Shown here: in pieces, positions 10,037 to 18,638 of the stretch
Numbering within the stretch: position 1 is the stretch's first letter
How the letters are laid out: each line of letters opens with the position of its first letter
DNA from: an uncultured Planctomycetia bacterium
GTDB lineage: Bacteria > Omnitrophota > Gorgyraeia > Duberdicusellales > 4484-171
Assembly (NCBI GenBank): GCA_964489445.1
Contig: CAZAYU010000003.1
Location: 65,172 to 129,171 of the forward strand
Reading direction: 5' to 3'
Length of the DNA: 64,000 nucleotides
The notes under the pieces: generated by a model
Database searches by the model: none
Told to the model about the DNA's origin: nothing
What the model saw: the letters and a program-made list of their open reading frames with translations, nothing else
Translations under genes and position numbers: made by a program

Positions 10037-11181
10037 ATAGTCTCTTTATTTTTTGGACGTCTTTGCTGTTAATAAGTTATGTCTATGGAGGGTATCTAGG
10101 GCTAAGTATTTTTTTAGGATGGTTATTTTCGAAGCCGGTTAAACAGGAAGATATATTCCCAAAGATTACCTTATTAATAGCGGCATTTAATGAACAAGGA
10201 GTTATTAAGGAAAAGCTAGACAATTCTTTAAAGCTAGATTATCCCGAAGATAAGATAGAAATAGTAGTTTGTTCGGAGTCTAGCGATCAAACGAACAAGA
10301 TAGTTAGCGAGTATGCATCGTGCGGGGTTAAGCTTTTTTCTTATCAAAAAAGACAAGGGAAAAGCGCAATGATCTATAAAACTATATCTAAAATTTCTGG
10401 AGAAATAATAGTATTTTCGGATGCGAATGCCATATATGAAGAGGATGCGCTAAAAAAAATAAGCAGGAATTTTACTGAAAAAAACATTGGGGCGGTGGTA
10501 GGTAGACTAAACATTATTAATCCGGAAGAGTCAGCGGTTAGCCAAGGGGAATCGCTATACAAAAAATATGAAGCGTTGCTACGCAAAAGCAATTCTCAAA
10601 TGAGATCGGTGCTAGGTGTTGACGGGTCAATGTTTGCGATCCGGAGAAGCGTCTATCTTCCGATAAGTGCAGACAGAGGCGATGACTTTGAATTAGCAGT
10701 AAGGATTTTAATTAAAGGTTTTGGCGTTGTGTTTGAGCCGGAAGCGATATCGTATGAGAAAGGTTCTGTTCGCGAATTTTCGGAAGTTAAAAGAAAAGTT
10801 AGGATTGTTTCTTGGTTTTTAAAAAGTTCGTTTATTTTACTTAAAGAAATGGTAGTTTCTTTTAAGGGAAAATTAATCTTTCAGCTGATTTCTCATAAAA
10901 TATTGAGGTGGTTTTCTCCGTTTTTCTTTATTTCTTTACTGGTATCGTCTTTTTTTCTTCAAAGAATTAATTTTTTTTATGGAGCAGCGTTCTATAGCCA
11001 GATTATTTTTTATTTATTCGGTTTGGTTGGTTGGGGGTTGTCTGGAAAAACTAACAGAAAAATCCCTGGCATCTTAAAGATCCCTGTATATTTTTTAGTA
11101 TTTAACTATGCTTTTATCGTCGGAGTATTCCAAGGGTTATTTAGGAAGCAGAAACCATTTTGGGAAACGTCTCAACGGTAG
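10033..11181 (+). CDS. membrane glycosyltransferase family 2
   Basis: N-terminal TM helix, a GT2 catalytic core ('IVFSDANA', D..D) and C-terminal TM helices. ATGA start overlap. Confidence 0.7.
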   Translation: MNSLFIFWTSLLLISYVYGGYLGLSIFLGWLFSKPVKQEDIFPKITLLIAAFNEQGVIKEKLDNSLKLDYPEDKIEIVVCSESSDQTNKIVSEYASCGVKLFSYQKRQGKSAMIYKTISKISGEIIVFSDANAIYEEDALKKISRNFTEKNIGAVVGRLNIINPEESAVSQGESLYKKYEALLRKSNSQMRSVLGVDGSMFAIRRSVYLPISADRGDDFELAVRILIKGFGVVFEPEAISYEKGSVREFSEVKRKVRIVSWFLKSSFILLKEMVVSFKGKLIFQLISHKILRWFSPFFFISLLVSSFFLQRINFFYGAAFYSQIIFYLFGLVGWGLSGKTNRKIPGILKIPVYFLVFNYAFIVGVFQGLFRKQKPFWETSQR

Positions 11182-11896
11182 CAGCGGGAGAAAAAAAAAT
11201 TTTAGGGAGAATAGTTCTAATAATTATTTTAAAATCAAACCAAAGTGACCAACGCTTAATATAAAAAATATCACACAAAACCCTTTTCTTAATGGCCATG
11301 TTACTTCCTCGGTATCCATTTATTTGGGCCCACCCAGTCAATCCAGGCTTAATCCTGTGGCGGAATTCGTATTCAGCGATAGATTTTTTAAATTTATTTA
11401 CAAAGTAAGGTCTTTCTGGGCGAGGCCCCACTAAGCTCATGTCTCTTTTTAGGATGTTGATCAGCTGAGGTAATTCGTCCAAATGAGAAGTACGTAACAA
11501 CTGGCCAATTCTTGTGCATTGCGAATTATCTTCGCTGGGCCACATTGGGCCAGAGCAATTTTCGCTATTTTCTGGCATAGTTCGAAACTTATATATCCAA
11601 AAAGAGCTTCCATTTTCCTTACATCTTTTTTGACGGTAGAATATTTTTCCGGGGTAGTTTATTTTTATCATTAAAGAGATTAAAATAAATAGAGGGGAGA
11701 GAAAAAACAGGCCGACAGCAGAGAGGATAATATCTATTGTTGGTTTTATGAATTTGTAAGAAAAGCCGTCGATGCTTCTGCGCGTTGTCTGGCAATTTTT
11801 CGGTTTTATCTTTGACAGACAGAAAGTAGGAGGGGAAGATTTACGAACAGATGAATATTGATCTTCGGATATTGAGTTGTATTTACAGTTTTTCAT
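11141..11896 (-). CDS. initiating sugar-phosphate transferase (bacterial sugar transferase, PglC/WbaP C-terminal-domain type)
   Basis: PF02397-type motifs 'SLVGPRPERPYFV' and 'KPGLTGWAQING'. One N-terminal membrane helix. Confidence 0.8.
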   Translation of the reverse strand: MKNCKYNSISEDQYSSVRKSSPPTFCLSKIKPKNCQTTRRSIDGFSYKFIKPTIDIILSAVGLFFLSPLFILISLMIKINYPGKIFYRQKRCKENGSSFWIYKFRTMPENSENCSGPMWPSEDNSQCTRIGQLLRTSHLDELPQLINILKRDMSLVGPRPERPYFVNKFKKSIAEYEFRHRIKPGLTGWAQINGYRGSNMAIKKRVLCDIFYIKRWSLWFDFKIIIRTILPKIFFSPAATVETFPKMVSAS

Positions 11897-11928
11897 TTAA
11901 AAATAATACTTAACTGGTGCTAAATAGA

Positions 11929-13620
11929 TTATACTTTTGAAAGGCGAGAGCAGCATTGCATAAGATAATCCTTGTCTCTCGGCTTTATTCTCGTGAATTT
12001 TATTCCAGAGTTAAATGGTCCTCGACCATTTTCCAGCAAAGAAACCTCGTGAGACCAGATTACTTTACCCTTAGCTATTATCGAGGTTCCGTTAATAGCT
12101 TGTATTTCTAAATTAAGAATATCTTTCGTGTTCGGCTTATGCTCGCTACTAAAGCTTAATCCGGAATTACTAAAGTTAAGGCTAAAAGCTTGATATTTAA
12201 TATAAGGTTCTTTTAAGTGACTATATATTATATCAGTGGATAAAGGAAATCGTAAATTGTTTCTTAATTCTTTTCTCTGTTTATTTTTCTTAGCTGATCG
12301 AGGACTATCAGGTAAACTTATTGCAAAGGAACAACCTAAAGCAAAACCGGCAAAGAGCCCTAAAAGCATGTTCAGTGGAAGGTTTGGTCTTAAGGGATGC
12401 AAAGGTATTTGCGGTGGATCAATAATTTTAATTTTTGATGTATTGTTTATTCGGGAAATCAAAATTTGTAAATTAATTTTTTTACTCAAGAGGTCTTCGT
12501 AGATTCTCCTTTGGATGCTAAGATTGCTTAACATGCTAGATAATTTTGGTTGACTGGCGAGAGTCTTTTTGAGAGTTTTTGCGTAATTGTCATTTGATTC
12601 GGAAAGCACTTTTCGTTTGCTCTCTAGTGATTTTTTTTCTAAGCTGTATGATTCAATTTCGGAATCAATTATTTTAGTTTTTTCGTTTTCCAGTGTATTT
12701 TCTATCTCACGGATATTTTTGTAGGCGTTGATTACTTCTGGATGAAAAGAGGTATATTCGGTTGTAAGATTAGACAGAGAAATTTCTGCTGCTTGCAGCT
12801 TAGATTGAAGATTGTTAATTGTTTGGTTATTTGTAATAAATGGAAGTGATAAACTATTGATGCCGCTGGTAGCCAACTCTTTGCTTACCGCAGCCGCCTT
12901 AGTATTAACTTTTTGGATTTCAGAATCAACATCAATTAAGGATGAATCAAAACTAGCAAATCTTTTTAAATTAAGCACTATCTCTGTTTCTGGCAAGATA
13001 AATACCCCTTCTTTCTTTATGTACTCTTCAAGTTCTTTTTCAGCCTCAAGAATGGTGTTCAGCGTTGATTGCATAGTGCTGTCGATTGCCAAAAAAGAAT
13101 TATTAAGGGATATTTCTTGAGCAGTATTTATTGAATTGCTATAAGCAGAAATTAACGCAGTAGACAAAGATTTTGCTAGTGAGGGATCGGTATTCTCTAT
13201 TTTTAATTCTAAGATATTAGTTTTGTTTATTGGCACAGAAGATATGGTTTTTTGGAGGCGCTCTATATCGATAAAGTCTTTATCGCTTTGTTCTAGCAAA
13301 CGGGATGCAAGAATCTTGCTTTCTAGCGCTTTAGAAATGTTTGTTCTGCTTTTAATTATTTCTGCTTGGTCTTGTAAGAATTCTTCATTTTTTTTGTACG
13401 AAGGGGTGGTTTCTGAAGGGTTAAGGCTTTCTTCTTTTAGCATTATTTTACTATTTGTCTGATAAACAGGTTTGATGAGTAGCGTAGAAATAAAAACAAC
13501 GGAAAGGGTAGTAAATGTAAGTATAAATACTATACCCTTTTTTTCCCATAGTATTTGCCCGGCAGTCTTGGGAGAGGTTTTCATTTCAAGTAATGTTAAA
13601 TCGTTATTTGTTGGTTCCAT
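11929..13620 (-). CDS. polysaccharide co-polymerase (Wzz/PCP) with C-terminal PilZ domain, no tyrosine-kinase domain
   Basis: N-terminal Wzz-like TM segment, a long coiled-coil periplasmic region, then a second TM. The cytoplasmic tail has PilZ motifs RNNLRFP (RxxxR) and NFSNSG ((D/N)xSxxG). Confidence 0.7.
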   Translation of the reverse strand: MEPTNNDLTLLEMKTSPKTAGQILWEKKGIVFILTFTTLSVVFISTLLIKPVYQTNSKIMLKEESLNPSETTPSYKKNEEFLQDQAEIIKSRTNISKALESKILASRLLEQSDKDFIDIERLQKTISSVPINKTNILELKIENTDPSLAKSLSTALISAYSNSINTAQEISLNNSFLAIDSTMQSTLNTILEAEKELEEYIKKEGVFILPETEIVLNLKRFASFDSSLIDVDSEIQKVNTKAAAVSKELATSGINSLSLPFITNNQTINNLQSKLQAAEISLSNLTTEYTSFHPEVINAYKNIREIENTLENEKTKIIDSEIESYSLEKKSLESKRKVLSESNDNYAKTLKKTLASQPKLSSMLSNLSIQRRIYEDLLSKKINLQILISRINNTSKIKIIDPPQIPLHPLRPNLPLNMLLGLFAGFALGCSFAISLPDSPRSAKKNKQRKELRNNLRFPLSTDIIYSHLKEPYIKYQAFSLNFSNSGLSFSSEHKPNTKDILNLEIQAINGTSIIAKGKVIWSHEVSLLENGRGPFNSGIKFTRIKPRDKDYLMQCCSRLSKV

Positions 13621-13628
13621 ATTAGTAT

Positions 13629-14417
13629 TTATTCTGAATCCGCTAAATTTTCAATCGCTTCTACGTGACGATAGTTTATATAGGTATCAGCAAGTGGTTT
13701 TATGTTATCGTTAAAAAAAGATAAAAAATCTTTTATTTTCCCGACAAATTTTTTAGGAACAAAAACTATATCCCCTGCTTTTAGCGGGATATCTTCCTTG
13801 AGGTCTCCCTTTGATATAACATTTAAAAGGTTAGCAGACAGTATTTTTGGGCTATCCGAGTAAGCTTTACGGATAACCAGCACACTTCTTAAATGCGCAA
13901 ATTCTTTATACCCTTCAGCTGTAGCTAAGGCTTCCAGGACAGTTAATGGTCGGGACATTCTGTATATTCCTGGACGTTTTACTTCTCCTAGTATTAGAAT
14001 TCGTTGACTGCCAAAACCACTGACAATAATGGACACTTGAGGATCTTTTATATATTTGGCTAATCTTAAAGAAACCTCGTTTTTTAATTGTTCCGGCAGC
14101 ATATCTACTGCTTTGATTTCTCCGGCAAGAGGAAGAGACAGCCAGCCATCAGGGCGAATAGTGACTTCCTTGTTCAAATCTTCATTGCGCCAAACAGATA
14201 CTTCAATTTTATCTCCAACTCCTAAAATATATTGGGCGTTATCAAATTCTGCTCCAAAAGAAGGATTCACTAGTAAAGAAAGAAAACAAGTAAGTAGAAG
14301 CAGAGTAAATTTCAAATAAAATCTTGCTAAGTAATGATTAGTGTAAAGAGTAGACGTATTGCTTAAGTTACTACTATCCAAGTGTTTACAAATATATTTT
14401 TTGTTTGTATGAGTCAT
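13629..14417 (-). CDS. polysaccharide export outer-membrane protein (Wza/OPX: Poly_export + SLBB)
   Basis: Signal peptide, then 'YILGVGDKIEVSVWRNEDL...IRPDGWLSLPLAGEIKA' Poly_export motifs. The track ORF runs to 14684 and overlaps the tRNA, so it was trimmed to the in-frame ATG at 14417. The true start is uncertain. Confidence 0.7.
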   Translation of the reverse strand: MTHTNKKYICKHLDSSNLSNTSTLYTNHYLARFYLKFTLLLLTCFLSLLVNPSFGAEFDNAQYILGVGDKIEVSVWRNEDLNKEVTIRPDGWLSLPLAGEIKAVDMLPEQLKNEVSLRLAKYIKDPQVSIIVSGFGSQRILILGEVKRPGIYRMSRPLTVLEALATAEGYKEFAHLRSVLVIRKAYSDSPKILSANLLNVISKGDLKEDIPLKAGDIVFVPKKFVGKIKDFLSFFNDNIKPLADTYINYRHVEAIENLADSE

Positions 14418-14647
14418 AATAGTGTTATTTTCCTCGAAAAAGCTTATCATTGAATATACCATATTGCTGGAGGAATAGTCAATGTAGATAGCAATAAGTT
14501 TTGTAAACGTTTCCATCAAAAAGGCCTTATTGATGGCAGATTTCTTATCAGCGTGTATTTTTTCTTGGGTATTTTTAGAGAAAATGGTATAATTAGTCCC
14601 AATATTAGCGCTATTGATTAAAGCAGAAAGCGAATATTCTCTGAAAT

Positions 14648-14721
14648 GGCGGTGTAGCTCAGCCTGGCAGAGCAAACGGCTCATACCCGTTATGTCGGTG
14701 GTTCAAGTCCACTCGCCGCCA
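14648..14721 (+). tRNA. tRNA-Met (anticodon CAT; elongator Met or Ile2-lysidine type, not initiator)
   Basis: 74-nt cloverleaf folded by hand. Acceptor stem GGCGGTG/CGCCGCC, D-arm GCTC/GAGC, anticodon stem AACGG/CCGTT with loop CTCATAC, T-arm GGTGG-TTCAAGT-CCACT. CCA is not encoded. Confidence 0.85.
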
Positions 14722-14832
14722 TTTATATTGTTAATCTAAGGCAGCGAGAAATAGACAAAAGCATTTCTTTAAGACTTAGCTTCTTGGATACAATAGCCTT
14801 CGGCAATCTCGACTGTGCCGAGATATTGTATA

Positions 14833-14851
14833 CAAGTCCACTCGCCGCCAT
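14833..14851 (+). repeat. 19-bp direct repeat of the tRNA-Met 3' end (att-like scar)
   Basis: 'caagtccactcgccgccat' is identical to 14704–14722 and lies 111 bp downstream of the tRNA. Confidence 0.6.
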
Positions 14852-14936
14852 AAAATAAAAAAATAAATAGCCACTAAGCTAAAATCATTTTCTATTATTG
14901 TAAATAAGTGATTATATTTTTTTATTCTATTCATTT

Positions 14937-15788
14937 ATGAGTAATAAAAATAAAATGAATGATGATCCTACTGCTTCTTTGGTAATGAAATGGGCGGAGC
15001 AGCTATATCTAAAAGGAGCTGCTCAACGTTTTATGAAAAGTATTGATTTATCAGCAGGAAATGATATCTACGAAAAATGCGCCAAAGTGTGCAAGTGGTA
15101 TCAGCAGGTTATTATAAATCGAAAATATTTAATAAAACAGTTAATAGAGAAAGAATTTAAGTATAGCGATCCGGTGCAACTAATTATTTGTGGATCGGGA
15201 AAGACGCCTTTGGCTTTAGAATTGCTTGAGGAGTATGAGGATAATATCTATCGTGTATTTGAACTGGATAAGCATTGTCTGCGGGAGAAAAAAGAAATCT
15301 ATAAAGCTGTAGCCCCGGAGTTAGTTAAAAAAATAAGGTTCATAAAACTGGATATAATCACAGAGAATGTATTGAACATTTTAAGGAAACCTAAGAATGA
15401 ATTTCAAGAGAAGGCAAAAACAATTATTCTCTTGGAAGGGGTAAGTTATTATCTTGCAAAAAAAGAGTTAAGAAAAATCATTCAATGTTTTTCTGGTGCA
15501 AGCCAAAAGAGCGTTTTTATTATTGAGTATCTTTTGCCTCAACATTGCATTAATATTCAAAGACGTAAGATTGTTTCGGAAATATTCAACACGGTTAAAC
15601 AAAGCTTAATGATCAAAGACCTAACATGCTATACACATTGTGAATTGAGGGATACTTTCAAACAGTTTAAAGGTACTTTAAAAGGGCACTATTCAATGAG
15701 ATATATGGAGCAGCAAAGGTTAGGAAAGAATATATATTTTAATACCAACCAAAGCTGGTGGATTGAAATTGTTTGCGGTGATTGTTAG
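14937..15788 (+). CDS. hypothetical protein, possible LCM-family (leucine carboxyl / TcmP-like) SAM-dependent O-methyltransferase
   Basis: Weak resemblance to the LCM family in 'LIICGSGKTPLALEL' and 'LLEGVSYYL'. Confidence 0.4.
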   Translation: MSNKNKMNDDPTASLVMKWAEQLYLKGAAQRFMKSIDLSAGNDIYEKCAKVCKWYQQVIINRKYLIKQLIEKEFKYSDPVQLIICGSGKTPLALELLEEYEDNIYRVFELDKHCLREKKEIYKAVAPELVKKIRFIKLDIITENVLNILRKPKNEFQEKAKTIILLEGVSYYLAKKELRKIIQCFSGASQKSVFIIEYLLPQHCINIQRRKIVSEIFNTVKQSLMIKDLTCYTHCELRDTFKQFKGTLKGHYSMRYMEQQRLGKNIYFNTNQSWWIEIVCGDC

Positions 15789-15892
15789 AATTAAAAGATT
15801 TGATGCAAATGTTTGGTGCAGGAAGTGGCACAGGCGTTTATTTTTTTAATCTTTGTGATATACTATTTTCAAGAAAGAGAAGGAGAAATATT

Positions 15893-16159
15893 ATGAAGTG
15901 TCCCAAATGTGATAGTGAAAAATTAATAAAAGGTAAAGTATTTAACCAAGTAGATTATATTTCTCCGGAAGCTTTTTTTCGTCCCAAAGAATTAAAACCG
16001 TTTTCATTGTTCGGGATACATGCCCGGATTAACAAAAATGATTTCTTAGCGTGTACGCAATGCGGGCATCTTTGGGCAGACGTAGATCCTCAGAAGCTGG
16101 TCAGAGTGATAAAGGAAAATTGTCAAAGTAACACAAAAAAGCGTTTAGGCATAGATTAA
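15893..16159 (+). CDS. zinc-ribbon domain protein
   Basis: CPKC...CTQC four-Cys ribbon. An AGGAG RBS sits 7 nt before the ATG at 15893, preceded by a TATACT −10-like box. The track ORF from 15782 is probably over-extended. Confidence 0.55.
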   Translation: MKCPKCDSEKLIKGKVFNQVDYISPEAFFRPKELKPFSLFGIHARINKNDFLACTQCGHLWADVDPQKLVRVIKENCQSNTKKRLGID

Positions 16160-16243
16160 AGTTTTAAAATAGCATAAAGAATCGCAAGCAATAGGCGATT
16201 GGCGAAAATCGTGAAAGTATTGTTTAGAAGGCAGATTTAAAAA

Positions 16244-16447
16244 GTGGTTATGGAGTGTCAAAAAGAAGAAAATAAAAAAAGGTGTAATTGCAGCTATGAG
16301 CCTTGTTCTCGTAAAGGTGTTTGCTGCGAATGCGTTAGCTATCATTTGAAAATGAAACAAATTCCTGCTTGCTTTTTCCCGGATAATGTTGAAAAAGAAT
16401 ACGATCGGTCAATAGAAAATTTTATTAGAACTTATCAGAAAAAATAA
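16244..16447 (+). CDS. small Cys-rich protein (8 Cys in 33 residues), unknown function
   Basis: [22 protein letters not shown]. No recognisable family. Confidence 0.35.
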   Translation: MVMECQKEENKKRCNCSYEPCSRKGVCCECVSYHLKMKQIPACFFPDNVEKEYDRSIENFIRTYQKK

Positions 16448-16589
16448 AGCTTTCAAGTATTGGTTTACCCGCCTTACCTTATTTCAAGATGGTTTTTAAA
16501 AAAACAGGAAGTGATAAGATTTTTGTTGGTAAGTGTATGGTGGATTAGTAAATCTTTAATAAGCGCGTTTAGGAAAAAAGAGGTGGCAT

Positions 16590-16862
16590 ATGGAAATAGT
16601 GATTAAGAAACTTAGTAAAAGTGAACTAGATAACCTAGGTGTGGGAAAATGGCCAATCTGGGAAAAAGAAAAAGGTAGTTTTAATTGGCACTATGCAAAA
16701 CAGGAAACTTGTTATTTTTTAGAAGGAAAGGCAGAGATAGAAATTTCCGGCAGCGCTAAAGTAAAGATTCAAAAAGGTGATTTAGTGGTCTTCCCCGCAA
16801 ACTTAAGTTGCCTGTGGCATATACAAGATAAAGTAAAGAAGCACTACAAGTTTGAGAAATGA
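16590..16862 (+). CDS. cupin domain protein (DUF861/cupin_3-like)
   Basis: 'WHYAKQETCYFLEGKAEI...GDLVVFPANLSCLWHI' two-motif cupin fold. GAGGTGG RBS. Confidence 0.65.
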   Translation: MEIVIKKLSKSELDNLGVGKWPIWEKEKGSFNWHYAKQETCYFLEGKAEIEISGSAKVKIQKGDLVVFPANLSCLWHIQDKVKKHYKFEK

Positions 16863-16872
16863 ACTTAAAAAA

Positions 16873-17034
16873 CTATTCTTTATGAGTTTTATTTTGCTTT
16901 TTTAAGAAATGTTTTGCTAACTGGGTTAATGGCTCACAGGGCGAATCTTTATCTAAGTGATTTTTCACCTTTTTTTTCGCTTTTTTAATTTTTCGTCTGT
17001 GAATTTTTTTTAGTTCGCTTTTTGGTCTTCCCAT
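16873..17034 (-). CDS. small highly basic protein (53 aa; MGRPKSELKKIHRRKIKKAKKKVKNHLDK...), not in the ORF track
   Basis: AGGAGA RBS 6 nt upstream of the ATG at 17034, with a clean stop at 16873–16875. Lys/Arg-rich like ribosome- or nucleic-acid-binding small proteins. Confidence 0.35.
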   Translation of the reverse strand: MGRPKSELKKIHRRKIKKAKKKVKNHLDKDSPCEPLTQLAKHFLKKQNKTHKE

Positions 17035-17295
17035 ATATTCTCCTAGTATCGGGTTTAATAAAATATCATCTGTAAAGATTATTAGTGTAATTAGGTTTTT
17101 GTCAAGCCATTTCTTGTTAGTTCTTTTGCAATCTCTCTAAAAACAAGGGCAGGGTATAAAATAATAACCCACAAAAATATTGCGAACTAGCCCATGAATG
17201 ATATAATTAATGCGACATTTTGTTTGTGGCATCTAAGAAAAAGGGCTTAATGGAAAAGGCAATTAGCAAGCACTTAAAATGAGGATTAGGTAAGT

Positions 17296-17745
17296 ATGGG
17301 TAACTTTTGGGGGGAGCTTTCACGAAATAAGACATTTTGGGTTGTTATTTTAAGCGGAGTTTTTGCTCAGGTAATAAAAATAGTCTTAGGGGCAATAAAA
17401 GAAAGAAGGTTTAATTTTTATTGGCTGCTGGGAACCGGAGGAATGCCATCATCGCATAGCGCAGCAGTGACTTCTTTTGCTATTTGTATGGGAAAAGAGT
17501 ATGGATTTTATTCACCGTTGTTTGCGCTGGGAACATTATTTGCTTTAATTACCATGTTTGATGCACAAACCTGGAGGCGTTCAATTGGCTTTCAGGCGAA
17601 AGTGTTGAATAGGATAGTGGAAGATTTACAGGAAAGGAAAAAAATAAAAGAAGACCGGCTGAAAGAATTAGTTGGGCATACTCCAGTAGAAGTTCTTTTA
17701 GGAGCATTACTGGGGGCAGCAATTACGTTTTTGTTTTATCCTTGA
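17296..17745 (+). CDS. divergent PAP2 / acid-phosphatase-vanadium-haloperoxidase-related membrane protein (YuiD/DUF212 family)
   Basis: 'MPSSHSAAVTSFA...FDAQTWRRSIG' hallmark of the DUF212 family. Confidence 0.75.
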   Translation: MGNFWGELSRNKTFWVVILSGVFAQVIKIVLGAIKERRFNFYWLLGTGGMPSSHSAAVTSFAICMGKEYGFYSPLFALGTLFALITMFDAQTWRRSIGFQAKVLNRIVEDLQERKKIKEDRLKELVGHTPVEVLLGALLGAAITFLFYP

Positions 17746-17773
17746 AGGTAATTATTTAAAACCAGGGAGAGTT

Positions 17774-18601
17774 ATGAAAAGGAATCAAATCTTTATTCTT
17801 TTAGGGGCAATACTTTTTGTGGTTTTAATCGCAGTGGGATTGTTGCCGAAAAATGAAAAAAAAGAAAAAGAAATTTTTATAAAATTGTCTACTAAAGAAG
17901 CAGAAATTGCTTTTGACAATGGCGAGCTTATTAAATCAAAACAATTGTATCAAAAAGCGATTGAGGAGGAACAGGATTTAGAAAACTTAAAAAAGATGCA
18001 AAAGGCTATCCAAGATATAAATATGGAAATTATTTTTTCTTCCTGTATTGACGAATGTAGCAAAATGTACGTTGTAAAACCCAATGATTTTTTAGGGAGA
18101 ATTGCTAAACGATTTGGCACAACTGTAGGATTAATTAAAAAATCTAATGGTTTAAAGTCAGATATTATTCGTCCAGGGCAAAAACTAAAAATTAGTATTT
18201 GTAAGTTTTCGATTTTAGTAGATAAATCGCAAAATTTATTGTTCTTAAAAAGCAACGAAGAAATACTTAAAACTTACCTTGTATCTACCGGAAAAGACAA
18301 CACCACTCCAATAGGGACATTTAAAATAAATCGAAATAAACTTAAAAACCCTACATGGCATAAAACAGGTGCAATTATTCCTCCGGATAGCCCGGATAAT
18401 ATTCTAGGGTCAAGGTGGATGGGAATTTCTGGAATAGATAGCAATGGAGCAGAAATTGTTGGCTACGGAATACATGGGACTACTAAACCTAAAGAATTGG
18501 GACAGCAAGTTACTTTAGGTTGTGTTCGAATGGAAAATAAAGATGTTGAGGAGTTGTTTGATATTATTCCGATAGGAGCAGAGGTTGTTATTATTGATTA
18601 A
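17774..18601 (+). CDS. L,D-transpeptidase with LysM domain
   Basis: LysM 'YVVKPNDFLGRIAKRFGTTVGLIKKSNGL', then a YkuD catalytic domain 'GIHGT...TLGCVRM' (His/Cys). Confidence 0.8.
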   Translation: MKRNQIFILLGAILFVVLIAVGLLPKNEKKEKEIFIKLSTKEAEIAFDNGELIKSKQLYQKAIEEEQDLENLKKMQKAIQDINMEIIFSSCIDECSKMYVVKPNDFLGRIAKRFGTTVGLIKKSNGLKSDIIRPGQKLKISICKFSILVDKSQNLLFLKSNEEILKTYLVSTGKDNTTPIGTFKINRNKLKNPTWHKTGAIIPPDSPDNILGSRWMGISGIDSNGAEIVGYGIHGTTKPKELGQQVTLGCVRMENKDVEELFDIIPIGAEVVIID

Positions 18602-18638
18602 AATGTAAAAAATAATTACCAAAAAATTAGAGGACATA

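Noticed and set aside
13629-14684. Full-length track ORF for the Wza-like gene
   Set aside because: Its first ~35 codons are the reverse complement of the tRNA-Met gene (14648–14721). The call was trimmed to an internal ATG at 14417; ATGs at 14516 and 14462 also remain possible.
14760-14851. Possible second tRNA gene
   Set aside because: Only the last ~19–21 nt match a tRNA 3' half. No D-arm or anticodon arm can be folded upstream. It is treated as an att-like partial duplication.
15782-15892. 5' extension of the zinc-ribbon ORF
   Set aside because: A TATACT box and an AGGAG RBS sit immediately before the internal ATG at 15893. The extension would place the promoter inside the coding region.
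16145-16360. 71-aa minus-strand ORF
   Set aside because: It overlaps the 3' end of the Zn-ribbon gene and the + strand Cys-rich ORF. It has no RBS and a hydrophobic low-complexity product.
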